Of a stretch of DNA of 64,000 nucleotides, positions 1 to 14,124 are shown piece by piece (the first letter of the stretch is position 1; the number at the start of each line of letters is the position of its first letter). The DNA is from Macrostomum lignano (taxonomy: Eukaryota), in contig NIVC01001737.1 in assembly GCA_002269645.1 (NCBI GenBank), positions 62,001 to 126,000 of the forward strand, written 5' to 3'. Made by a program: the position numbers and the translations under genes. The notes below the pieces were generated by a model that was not told where the DNA came from, did not search any database, and saw nothing but the letters and a program-made list of their open reading frames with translations.

Positions 1-2891
<2,891 letters not shown>

Positions 2892-3439
2892 GGCCGATTT
2901 TCTTTATCGGATCCCATTACTGGATCGACCAGCAGTGTTGAATCATTTAAAACTGTACATATCACTTATCATTTTTAAACTGTTGGCATCAATCTCGTAG
3001 AACTTGGAAATGAAAATCATTCCGATTGGAATCGATTAGAACTTGGAAGTTGGAAAGGCATAACTGTTTATTCTTCTTTTAAATACTATAGATCAAATAT
3101 CTTTAATTTAATCGGTATAGGTATTCACTATACTATGATACTATCCACGTGTTGGGTCAGTTGAAGTGGTATGGTGAACAACAATATTCTGTATAAGTGT
3201 CGGCGAATGTTTAATACGTGAAACACGAAGACTTTTAGAAATTCGACCACTAAACATTTCGATTATCGCCTTCTCATAGTTAAACAAAGTTTGTAAAGTT
3301 TTAAACTTGCATCAAGCCTTCCTAAAATAAATAACTAAGTGTAAGTCCCTTACCGAAGAGCAGCTTTGTTATAAGATAGCGTTATACAAATGTATTGCTT
3401 TTTTAGATTTCTGTTTTTTGTTTCCGAATGGCCTGGAAG

Positions 3440-3572
3440 CACAGACCAATTAAGTATAACTTATACTAAGATAAGTATAAGTATAATAAGTATAAATTTA
3501 TACTTATTGGTACTAAGATATAAGATATAAGTTATACTAAGATAAGTATAAAGTTACACTTATTGGTCTGTG
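3440..3572. mobile_element. 133-bp MITE with CACAGACCAAT TIRs and 8-bp TSD
   Basis: CACAGACCAAT...ATTGGTCTGTG termini; the direct repeat CCTGGAAG flanks it at 3432-3439 and 3573-3580; the interior consists of AT-rich TAAGTATA/TAAGATA repeats. Confidence 0.8.
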
Positions 3573-4556
3573 CCTGGAAGTAATAATAATCTAAAATATA
3601 CGTTCCTAATTAAAGTACACATGAACTGAATTTTCAAATTTTTAAATTTAGCTAAGTATCAGATATTGTCGTGAATTTTTCACAAAAGCATTTATGAAAA
3701 GAAGTCTATTCGCTAAATTTGGCTCCACATTATGTTTACTGATTGCTAGACCTATTTAGCTTTTGGTCTAATTTTATTTATTTTTACCACTATGCCTGGG
3801 ATAATTATTTCGACAACTTTAGTTAGGCAACCACTAAACTTAAGAAGGCTGTAAGGCCTAAGGGCTTGTTAAAAATTCTTTGTTGTTAGCTAGGCCTAGC
3901 TTTTTTATAGACTAATTTCCAGAGCCACAGCCATAGTTGCATAGGCCTAAGCTATAATACTATGTTAGCCAGGTATATCTAATAAAATTCTGATTAATGA
4001 CTAAAGTGAAATATATAATATAATCTAAACCTATAAAACCCTTTCCTTATTATTATTATCTTATGTTTTGCTTTAGGGTGAGCCTTGCCCTTGGACCCTA
4101 TAGACTATATTATATTACATGATTATTATTTATTTAGTATTAAATTAATCTATCTTACTTATAGAGTTAGAGCTATATATACACATTTTAATATAGGCCT
4201 AGCTATATTGTAAACAACCAAAACAATTGGCACCCATATTTATCAATCAAATATCTTATCAAAGCCTAAACTTCAAAGTAAAACCATCAAAATTAGATGT
4301 TTAGTCAAAGCTTTAGCCCATTTTAAATTAAATAAAGAGATTTTTTTATATCAAATTATAAAATATAATTTAATTGACTTGCTTAATTATAATTTTTCAA
4401 TATTTAGGGGCCTAGACAATAATCCAAGGTTTTAAGTTAGGCCTAATATTATTATTATTATTTGTATTATTATTAGCGAATATTTTATTATATAAGATCA
4501 ATTAATATATATATTTAATACTATTCTTATTTGTTAATTTCCAAGCCTAACAAGCA

Positions 4557-4680
4557 GGGGTTATAGCCTAATGATTAGAGCATTGGACTTACAATTGAAG
4601 GTTGGAGATTGAATTCCTAATCAATATTAGAATAATTTATATCCTTGAGCAAGCACTTAACTTTGCATTGCTTTAAGTTT
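4557..4680 (+). mobile_element. Decayed tRNA-derived SINE head with CORE-like motif
   Basis: A-box-like TAGCCTAATGA (4564-4574), B-box-like GATTGAATTCC (4607-4617), then TCCTTGAGCAAGCACTTAAC (4642-4661), which resembles the CORE-SINE central motif. Confidence 0.45.
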
Positions 4681-5399
4681 AGTTCATCCAACTAAAAAAT
4701 TGGTATTAGCATTAGCTAGTATAATTGAGGCTGAGTGCCAACTACCTAGTCTTTGGACTGAAAAGCCATATACAGCCTTTAGATAAACTGCATAATAGCT
4801 AAGCCATTGATTGCCCATCTGGCCATTGGGATATGTATAATCAATTATTATTTATTTAATATTAATTTTTTAAGCTTTTATATAGTTATTAAATAGCATA
4901 AAAATTACACCTAAATAGCCAATAAATAAATATTATATTGTTTACAAAAGAATTTAATTGCTCATGAAGTCAGTTAATTGCTCATGAAATCAATTAATTA
5001 CTCGAGATCAATCAGTTAATAGATAGATAGATGACAGATAGATAGATAGATATCTAGATATATATATATATATATGATTACAAAGACTATGATTATATGT
5101 CATCTCCTAAAATGATAAGGTCTAAAAGTTTCTAAAAGTATATTATATATTATATAAACTATATATAAATAGTTTTAATTTTTTTATAACAGATGCTTAA
5201 TATTTTTTAATATTCAAGATTGACTGCATGACCTCACAATCAACTGATTGATCTCGAGATGACAGATGACAGATAGATAGAGATATCTAAATAGACTCTA
5301 AAGATATCTAAATATCTAGATACTAAAAATACTCATTCTATATACTAAAAATGATAAGGTCTATATGTTTCAAGTCGATCAATTTACCATAAATCAACA

Positions 5400-6365
5400 A
5401 TGATTTCGATAAAAAATCTCATGCAGCAAGAGCAGGCTTTTATTGGTGGCAGCAGTGGCGGCAGCAACCTCAGTTTGCCATCAGGATCGGCAACAGCAAT
5501 GCCAGCATTGCCATTCAATCCTGTTGGTCAGCGGCGTCATACCAGCTTGCTTACCACTGGCCAATTAGTGCAAGGAGCTGATGGCGATATCTATGTTGTG
5601 ATTTTGCCTCAGCATCAGCAGCAGCATCAGCAGCAGCAGCAAGCATCGTCGTTTGCTCAACTTCCTCCACCGCCTCCACCTCCATTAGAGGCTGCACCCA
5701 CGCCCAAGTCTAGTGTTAAACGAGCTCGCAAAACTCTAGCCACGCCGGCCAGCTTAGCAACAATGGCTGCCGCCACGGCCAGCACCGCCGCCACCGCTGT
5801 TAGTCGTTCCTTCCTGGCGCCATCCTCGACTACTTCAGCCGCAGTCGCGGCGGCAGTAGATCGTCGACTAAGTCACAACGAAGTTGAACGTCGACGTCGA
5901 GATAAAATCAATGCTCTGATCGGCCAACTAGCCGAGCTGATGCCGCCAATCAGCAATGGCCAAATGGCTGGCAGTGGCACCTCCAATGGGGCCTCAACTA
6001 ACTGTTGCGCGCCTAAAAGCGCTGTACTAGATCGAGCTGTTGCCTATTTCGATAAAGTCAGACGCGAGGGCGATAGGTTGACTAGCGAGCGAGACTGTTT
6101 GAGAGCTCGATTAGACCAGTTGGAGTCCAAGTCGAGCAATTTGCGAAAAGAAAATGCCCAACTTCGCCAACAATTAGGCTTAGCAACTGTTGATGATGCT
6201 GCTCCTGCCGCTTGTTTGTTGTCGGCGAATTTTAAAGTCGACTTCGAAGATGAAGAGTCGGAGGCTGGGACTAGGACAGCCGCCCAGTTTGACGAAGACC
6301 CGTCCAAGTCTGAAAGCGCTATTTGCAAAAATTTCAAGTGCTATAACGATGATGATGATGCTTAG
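5400..6365 (+). CDS. USF: USF-family bHLH-leucine zipper transcription factor, intronless over this ORF
   Basis: Basic/helix 1 RRLSHNEVERRRRDKINALI matches the USF signature HNEVERRRRDKIN. Helix 2 KSAVLDRAVAYF is followed by a heptad Leu repeat (LTSERDCLRARLDQLESKSSNLRKENAQLRQQL). AATAAA at ~6495. The start codon is uncertain (5400 or 5421). Confidence 0.85.
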   Translation: MISIKNLMQQEQAFIGGSSGGSNLSLPSGSATAMPALPFNPVGQRRHTSLLTTGQLVQGADGDIYVVILPQHQQQHQQQQQASSFAQLPPPPPPPLEAAPTPKSSVKRARKTLATPASLATMAAATASTAATAVSRSFLAPSSTTSAAVAAAVDRRLSHNEVERRRRDKINALIGQLAELMPPISNGQMAGSGTSNGASTNCCAPKSAVLDRAVAYFDKVRREGDRLTSERDCLRARLDQLESKSSNLRKENAQLRQQLGLATVDDAAPAACLLSANFKVDFEDEESEAGTRTAAQFDEDPSKSESAICKNFKCYNDDDDA

Positions 6366-6614
6366 GCTATAGCCAAGCTTAACTACTTTTTGCTGGTTGC
6401 CTTCTTTGGTTGCTAAGTCAGTAACAATATTGTGCCTGGTTTTTGTGCGTGAAATTATCTTCTTTCTGAGGGATGCTGTGGGGTCTGCTGCTTAATAAAA
6501 AGGTCCAGTTGTTTAAAGAAAATTAGTTGTCTTATATACTTCGTATTAATAGTGTAAGACTGCGCTAATTGGCTCTAGATTCTATTCTTGTAATTGACTA
6601 GCAATTTTTAATTA

Positions 6615-6712
6615 AAATGACGTGGTTAATTTTGATTGGCTAGCGATTTTCAACTAAATAACGTGGTTGATTCTGATTGGCTAGCGATTTTCAACTAAAT
6701 GACGTGGTTGAT
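6615..6712. repeat. 41-bp tandem repeat (~2.4 copies) containing TGACGTGG and GATTGG
   Basis: Units start at 6615, 6656 and 6697. Confidence 0.75.
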
Positions 6713-9700
6713 TAGCTAACGGTTTGAAACAAATCACGTGAAAAACGTAATCTTATTAGTACCAGTTTTCAACGACTGTTAAACCGCACTGTTGACCCAG
6801 ACGTTTTAATATTATATCTTTCATAATTTCTCTCTGACCCAGTTTATTTTACATCATCTCATAATTTATCATGCCTAAGCATACTGAACTGATTACTATT
6901 GTCGTTCTTAAGTTGCTTCACTTGCTTACTGCACTTTCCTTTAAAGGTGCTTGGCTTAACAAAACGAGTCAGTTGTTATTGAATTCAGAAGTCTATGAAA
7001 CATAAAAATCTTCCGTTGAATTAACTGAATAAACGCTACACTGTAAGTTACGTAAAGTATGTCTACTTAGTGTCGCAGATTTTTTTAAAAAGATCGTTAA
7101 TTTTATTTTGTTAATGAGGTGTTTCATTGGTGTTTCCTGTTTTTGCACTCTTGCTTTTATAGTCGTTTCTGCACCCCTCTTAATAATCCTATTTCTAACT
7201 ATATTAAAATATGTTTCAAAGAGCTGTCTAGATATGTCTAGATCATTCATATATCCTTATTGATTAATATTCTTTCAGTTAGTATTACTTGTAGTAGTTT
7301 GTCGCTCCTTTCTGATCGTTTTAATAGAAAGTTATTTTTTAGTAATTTTATTCTGTAGCAAAAAGATCAGAGATACAACAGCAACTGCTATTGATGTTAT
7401 ATATCTGTTTTTTATAACAGGATCCTCTAGAAGTTCCTAAGTCAATAAGAAGTGAATAGCCCTCATAATTTTCCAAGGAACTAAAGTGTCTGTCCAGTCC
7501 TACTACTTCTAGTAGTTGATCGTCAGAAATGATAAAACTAGCGTTTAGCGCAGTATAATATACACGTAGCGTTTAGTTTTTTGTTATAATTTTGCAGATT
7601 TATTTTCTTTATCATAACTCTTGTTCTATATACTAATTAAAAACTGCTCGTATGGCTTGTCATTTATAACAGTTTTGTTTTTCTGGCCGCAAGTTACACA
7701 ACTGATTCTATTGTGCACCATTCAAAACCATGTTTGTTCTGAAAGAAAAATATTATTTTGACAAGTTAGGACTTAAGCCCGGGGCTTGACGAATTTAACA
7801 TTTGTGTATTTTACTGTGCTAACAACAGGTGCGCGCACCCAGTGAATTACTACTATTATACACTGAGTAGTTTGTGTAATAATAACACTCGCCCAAATTG
7901 ATATTAGCTTCTGAAAAGCTTTAAGTATACGTCATTGGTCATCGTCATCTGTTCGTTTCATTGCGTCATTGCAATATGCAATTCATTCACATGAACAGCT
8001 TTGTTTATTAGTTTTTTCTTTGTTTTATTTTTCGAGTCATCATCGCCGGAGTCTTTTGTTCGGTTTCTAGTGCCAATAATTATAGCCTTCATCGGATAAA
8101 TTAACTATAAGGAAAAAAGGTGGTATGGATTGGGTTCAAAGGTATTTATTTTCATAATTTCTTGCAAATTTCTTTACTTTCAAGTGAGCGGTGTAAGCTC
8201 ACCTAACACTGTCCCGAACCGAACACTGAACAACACAGCTTTAAAACTGACAATTTTTAATTCATTTCTATCGGTCTAGCCCCTCCACCCATGAGATCAA
8301 GGTCTCCAATTGTCTTTTAAGTCTTGGGTTTTGAGTGCCCTATATTACTAGATACGGGAACTTGATATGAAAAAGGTGTTCTTGTGACCATATCCGTATC
8401 CACATGTTCTATCTAAAAACCTCCGTATCTGTAACTTCCCAATGTCGTATCTGTAGCTATGGCGGAACTCGACCAAAGAGGGTTCTGTTGTAATCAACCC
8501 ACAGCACCTTTCCTCTTCTAACGAAGTGTCTCCCAGTAGTTCATCCGAGGCATTCAAACCAATTAGGAGATTCTCAGCGTAATCTCCGGGGATTACTCTT
8601 CTATCTTTGTGCCTTCTGAATCCGTGTTAGTCGCCTTTCGATATTCGTCTCCCTTTGGAGGGCCCATTGGGTTTGAGTACTCAGTCTGCACGATCGGTTC
8701 CGCCGATTCCGGTAGATGGACTGTTGAATCACCAGGTTGTCTTCAGTCTCAAAAGTTTGCGTGGTTGCTACCAGCCTTGTACGCACGACTTCATCAGCTG
8801 AACTTGTGTAGTCATCAGTGGAGCGGAGCTCGGATGTTGCGAATGAACAGCCAGGCTGTGTCAATGGCTGAACCCTTGAAAGATGAGATCATGAGAAATT
8901 GGTCCAGATTCCTTTGAGGCACACGGCCACAATTGACAAAATACTCCACAAGAACGTTACGGATGGTACGAGCTAAGGTGGTGTCCTTGTGTTTGCAGTC
9001 AGCTGTCTCTGTTGACACAAACAACAACAGCAACAAAATACATTGTCAGCCAGTCAAGCGTATGACAATGTCACCGAGCGTTTAAAAGGCCGGGGCGCAA
9101 ACGTAGGCCGCACCGCCGGCAGTGTCCGGGGCGCCGGCGTCAGCCAGCAGGCAGTCAACAAAACGCTGAGAACGCGTGCCCCCGCCGGTAGGGGGCCTGC
9201 AGCGTCAGCAGTACGTCTCGGATCGGATGATATGGCCAATATCAGCTGGAGTCGCCGAAGGCGCAATATATCGCTGGGACGGGACAGGCTTGTGCGGCGA
9301 TAGAGCTGTGCCGCATTGGTGACTCTCTCGTAGCTGATTTTGAAGGCGGCGCCAGCAGACCAGCGTGCTCCGCATCGACCAGCTGGTCGAGCGATTCCGT
9401 CAGCGTCCAGGTCTAGGCGTTGTACAATAGGACGGTCTCGATCACCGCCTGGAACAACGCCGTCCTTTGGCGGTCAGGCAGGGCCTCGGACTGCAGGACA
9501 GCCCTCACGGAACGGAAGGCAGCCCAGGCAAGTCCACGGCGACGTCGCAGGTCCTCGCGAACGTCAGGAACCAGACCGCCGAGGTAGACAAACTGCCGAA
9601 AGCGCGGAAGCCTCGTAACCTGTCCGTCAGCGCCTCGGCAGAAAATTGCAGCCTCGATGTCGTCCGACACAGAGCACGACGGTCTTCTGCGTATTGACCA

Positions 9701-10178
9701 CCAGGCCGCAACGCTTAGCAGCCGATCCAGTTGGCGTTGGGCGCCTCGACGGTCGAGGACAGCAGGGCGAGATCGTCGGCGTAGCCAAGCACGCTGAGCC
9801 ACCTCTCCAGCTGGCGTCGACCCACGCGTCGTTGCAGCAGTAAGCCATCGTCGTTAGAAATGTGAGCAGTCCGCAGCACCCGTCAAGCACCAGACCGAAC
9901 AGGAACGGCGCAAGCGTATCTCTCTGAAACACCGCAGAGGATGTGTTAGCACAACAGCGTTCGTGCCATGATACAGCGCCATGACAGGGGAAATCAGCTG
10001 TTCTGGCATGTTATACACACGAAGCACCATTGTGAGCACGGCCCTCACGACTGAGTCTAAAGCCTTCCTGAAGTCAATGAAGAGAGCAATCAGGCTCGAC
10101 TGGCGGGTCCGCGCTTCCTCAATGACTCGGTGAAGAGCCAAGATCTGCGCCACTGTGTCGCGATGGGGCCGGAACCCG

Positions 10179-10448
10179 GGGAGCACGAGAAATGCCCGCA
10201 GACGAATTGCCCGCCGAGATTTGCCCGCAGTGCATTTTGCACGTGAGCGAATTGCCCGTGGAGATTTGCCCGCAGTACATTTTGCCCGCGAGTGAATTGC
10301 CCGCGAGCGAATTTCCCACCGAGTTGCAGACAGAATCTAGCTACCAAATGCGCTGTAGGAAAAAAGCACTGTGGGCAAATCTCGGCGGGATAAGCTCGGC
10401 GGGCAAATCTCGACGGGCAATTCGTCTGCGGTCAATTCTCTTGGACCC
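10179..10448. mobile_element. Foldback-type MITE (CCCGCCGAGATTT family) with 9-bp TSD, inserted in the RTE RT
   Basis: About 50-bp imperfect TIRs GGGAGCACGAGAAATGCCCGCAGACGAATTGCCCG / revcomp GGGTCCAAGAGAATTGACCGCAGACGAATTGCCCG. Flanks CGGAACCCG (10170-10178) and CAGAACCCG (10449-10457). Removing the insert restores HNGFRPHR. Confidence 0.8.
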
Positions 10449-10797
10449 CAGAACCCGTTATGCTCAAACCGCAAATACGGATCCAGCACGGGCTGCAACC
10501 GCGATGGCTCATAGCAGCATCCTGTTAAACAGCTTCTCAACGCAGGACTGCAGCCAGATACCTCGGTGCTCCTCGAGCCGTGTGGTGCCCGGATTCTTCC
10601 GAATAGCGACTATGTCTGCCGTCGTCCATTCGTTGGGTGCCGTCTCACCGAAAAGCACGCGGTTCATCACACTGGCGACCTCGCTGGCCACACAGTGGAG
10701 CCGCAGCGCCTCGGTGGGCACCTCGTCCGGACCCAGCGCTTTGCCGCTCGGAGTCTTCTGGGCGAGTATGACAACGTCGGCTGTGCTGACTGGGGAT

Positions 10798-11159
10798 TTT
10801 TTTTATTAGAGGCAGGGGGGTTGTGTGCACCCTGGCGCACTTTAAGCGACATAGGCACACAACCGGCGAGAGGCATTACTGCCCATTCCGCCGACTCCCC
10901 TGAGCAGGCATACAAGCGCGCGGATACTTACGCAGGCACACACTCACACAGGAGTGTACAGCGGCCCTAACTTTATATTATCGTTAGGCATGTACACTTC
11001 ACTGCGCCTTGGGGGGTTGGCTCTCAAGGCCGTTAATTGCACGAGCAGAGCCAAGCCGAGATTCCAATTCAGCCCTAAATTAATGTGACTGCACTTGGAA
11101 TCGAGCCTGGGTCGCTGGCACACCAGAGCCTGCGCTAGACCGCTGGGCTACGGCCCCCC
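10798..11159 (-). mobile_element. tRNA-derived SINE with 14-bp TSD
   Basis: The minus-strand head GGGGGGCCGTAGCCCAGCGGTCTAGCGC...GGCTCGATTCC carries A and B boxes. It ends in a CTAATAAAAAAA tail. TSD TGCTGACTGGGGAT at 10784-10797 and 11160-11173. Confidence 0.85.
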
Positions 11160-12733
11160 TGCTGACTGGGGATACATTGAAACTCTCCTCTGCCGGCAAC
11201 GGCGTCCCGGGTGGCAGCCTCAAATCGCTTGGCGGCGGGGGCGGCGGCAGCTCATTTCTGCGCTCATCCGGAGTGTCGCCATCGCTACTGTTGCCGCTGC
11301 AGGTAGACAGCCGCCAGAGCCTCCTCCGCCTCGCGTGTTGGCCGCCTACTCAGACGGAGCCTCCAGCTCTGCCCTCGCTTGCCGAATCGCAGGGTCATCC
11401 TGCCAGACCGGCTGCCTACGTAGCCGGTTGCATCCCCGGGACTGCTTGCTCCGCTGCGGCTCTGATCGCGGCACTTACCTCCGTGTACTCGGCGCGCCTG
11501 CACGTGTCACCAATGCGCTAACGAAGGCGCTAGCGAAATGGCGACGGGCCTGGGTCTCCTTGAGCGCACGGTAGTAGCGCCGCGGTGGCCGCTTCGGCGG
11601 ACGGTAAAGCAGGTCGCAGACGAGGAGCCGATGGTCGGACCGCAGAGCCAGCGGCGTGATGGTGCGGCAGTTGACGGCATGCCGGCGCTTACGGAGACGC
11701 ACAAGCACGTGGTCGAGCTGTGCCTGCCTCCACGTCGCATTCCAGCCGCGCGAATTCCTCCGCCTCCGCTTGCAGCCCACGAAGGTCGCGAGCCTGCCGG
11801 GTGGCTTGCGGAAGCGGGTGTTGGCCGACACCATGTCCTGCCTCTCCAGGAAGTCCTCCAGCGCTCCGGTGTTGCCGTTCTCGCGCGGTGTAACAAACGG
11901 CGACCGCTTGGACCTACGCAAAACCGCGTTCAGCTCTCCAAGGACGACCATTGTGTGAGTCGTCTCCTCCACCTGCGCTGAGAGCTGCTCGAAGAAGACT
12001 TGAGCCTCATCAGGTCGGGTGGCAGGAGACGCGTACGCGCAGAACAGGCGAGCGTTCCGGCCGCGAAGCCGGACGTCGACCCGAAGCAGCCGGTCAGACA
12101 GGGAGATGCAGCGACAGCTCTGCTGCAGCCTCGGTCCGATCAGCGCTCCAACTCCTCCACGGCCTCGTTTTTCCGCCGACGTGTACCAGAGGGTCCAGCC
12201 GGCGCCTAGGTCCTCCAGTGAATTCCTGGGTCGGCCCTGATCGACACCTCTTGCAGCGAGATGACATCGCATCTGAGGTCAAGCGCTAGCTGCGCCAGCA
12301 GCCCTCTCCGCCAGTGGCCTTGAGAGTTCGGCAGTTCAGCGTCCCGACCCCAAGCGTGCCCTGTGGTACGGCTGGGGCTCGATGACAGTGAGCCTCACGG
12401 TCTCTGATACCCAGAAGATCCGATTGGCCAAGGATGGCAGCAGCTCGACGGGCGGAACCTCGTTGCCGACCTCGCCGGTTTCGTTCACGCCGACACTCAA
12501 CTCGCCGGCGCTCGCTTCGCTGCCCTCGCTTGGTCTTGCCGCTGTTGGCCGCCGCAGCAGTTAAGCGCGGCTCTCCGACTTCACCAAGGGGGGGGTCGCG
12601 GCATTATATCTGCACCGACAAAAAAACGAGGACCATTATTATCAGCCACCAAAGAACTCAGAACCCCGATTTGCGAAAATGTGTGCGTAAGCCAGCTGGA
12701 GTCGGTCGCTGGCTGATACACAGCTGCGTTGGT

Positions 12734-12845
12734 CAGGGGCGTCGCCCCCCGGGGGAGGGGGTACAGGGGACAGGGGGGACATGTCCCCCAGTAAAAGCTA
12801 TGAGGGACATGGCAATGCTTTGCCTCTCCACCCCACCCACCTTGT
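12734..12845. mobile_element. Truncated end of the CAGGGGCGTCGCC hAT-like MITE family
   Basis: Starts CAGGGGCGTCGCC; the internal GGACATGTCCCCCAGTAAAAGCTAT matches the reverse complement of the 3' part of the 44602-45425 copy. Confidence 0.55.
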
Positions 12846-12849
12846 GACC

Positions 12850-13140
12850 GGTTATGAAAATCCCATGGCGTTGGTCATTCGCTCGTAGCCGATCTTGAAG
12901 TCGGCGCGCGGCAGGCCAGTGTGTGCCGCTTCAACTTGCTGCTCGGGCGAGTCCGTCAGCGTCCAGGTCTCGGCGTTGTACAATAGGATGGTCGATCTCG
13001 ACCATCATCAGGAACAACACCGCCTCGGGTACATTGTAGGGCCTCGGACGGTGAGGAAGAAGTGCTTGTAATCGATCTCTCACCGTGGCTTCGGGTGCAC
13101 TGCTGGGTGCACCACCTCTTAGCCAAGACGAACAAGTCAT
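12850..13140 (-). mobile_element. Second RTE fragment (post-RT region)
   Basis: Homologous to 9330-9520 (ILLYNAETWTLT-like motif). Confidence 0.65.
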
Positions 13141-13237
13141 TCAATGGTTCTTTGAGCTCTTTTGGAGTTTGTCTGATTTTCTGCTTATTACAAGCGTAGA
13201 CAAAATATGATCTGCCAGGCTAAAACCTTAGTGAAAA

Positions 13238-14124
13238 TGGGAGCACGAGAATTTCCCGCCGAGCTTTTCTCGCTGAGATTTATCCGCAGTGCATTTTGAC
13301 CGCGAGTGAATTGCTCGTCGAGATTTGCCCACGAGTGAATTGCCCGCCGTGGTTTGCCCGCAAATGTTTTTTTCCAGCAGCGCATTTAGCCACGTGGTAG
13401 ACTTTGTTTGAATTGCCCTCCAATCCTTAGTAAGTCTTAATAAAAGACATTTACCCGATCAAACGTTTTGATAGTAACTGCATATTAAATTCATATTTTT
13501 CTTGTACATGTAGGTCTCAGTTCTACAAGCTATATTCATGCAGGAGTACATCAGCGAGCTATTAATTCATGCATATGCCCAGGGGCGTCGCCATGGATTT
13601 TATGGTGGAGGGACAAAGCCACGAATTCTAAATGCACGTGTACATGACTAAATTCCAGCATGTACATTATTTTTAAAATCGGTGTTGTCAGCGCTCATTT
13701 TAGCGCCACAGGCACTCATTTTAGCGCCACGGGCACTCATTTTGGGGCTGCAGCCACTCATTTTGACGCCGCAGGCGCTATATTTTGTCGCCCTGAAGCA
13801 AAATTATTATTTCCACAACGGGTCACAACGTGGGGTGGGGGGACGAAGCATTGGCATGTTCCCCCATAGATTTTACTGGTTTGGGGGGTCCCCCTGGCGT
13901 CGTTTCCCGGTGGCGACGCCCCTGTATATGCCGTTTCGCTTTGTCCCCCAAATCTCTTTACTAAGATCTACTTACTCGGTACAGTAGCATTGGGAGCGAA
14001 CAGAATCTAGCTGCCGGGTGGCTAAATGCGCTGCTGGAAAAAAATTGCGGGAAAACCTCCGTGGGAAAAGCTCGGCGGGCAAATCTCGGTGGGCAATTCG
14101 TCTGCGGGCATTTCTCCTGGACCC
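13238..14124. mobile_element. Foldback element of the CCCGCCGAGATTT family containing a nested hAT-like MITE
   Basis: Left end GGGAGCACGAGAATTTCCCGCCGAG; right end GGCAATTCGTCTGCGGGCATTTCTCCTGGACCC; inner inverted block TTCCAGCAGCGCATTTAGCCAC/GTGGCTAAATGCGCTGCTGGAA. No TSD found. Confidence 0.7.
13580..13924. mobile_element. hAT-like MITE (CAGGGGCGTCGCCA TIR)
   Basis: TIRs CAGGGGCGTCGCCA...TGGCGACGCCCCTG; 8-bp flanks CATATGCC (13572-13579) and TATATGCC (13925-13932); short internal ~21-bp repeats. Confidence 0.8.

Larger units (their letters stand above)
9050..12720 (-). mobile_element. Degenerate RTE-like non-LTR retrotransposon (AP endonuclease + RT) interrupted by two insertions
   Basis: APE motifs TLNCRTL, DVISLQEVS, GGVG, VVLGELNA, LDHVLV, SDHRLL at ~11600-12350. 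RT motifs HNGFRPHR, FIDFRKALDSV, QRDTLAPFLF, FVYLGG, LLYNA at ~9180-10790. Many frameshifts. End coordinates are approximate. Confidence 0.85.

Noticed and set aside
8340-9036. Three staggered minus-strand ORFs that could be a pseudogene
   Set aside because: The composition is coding-like, but I could not join the frames or recognise a domain.
4557-11159. tRNA genes at 4557 and 11159
   Set aside because: Only A/B-box heads followed by unrelated bodies, one with a TSD and A-tail; these are SINEs, not cloverleaf tRNAs.
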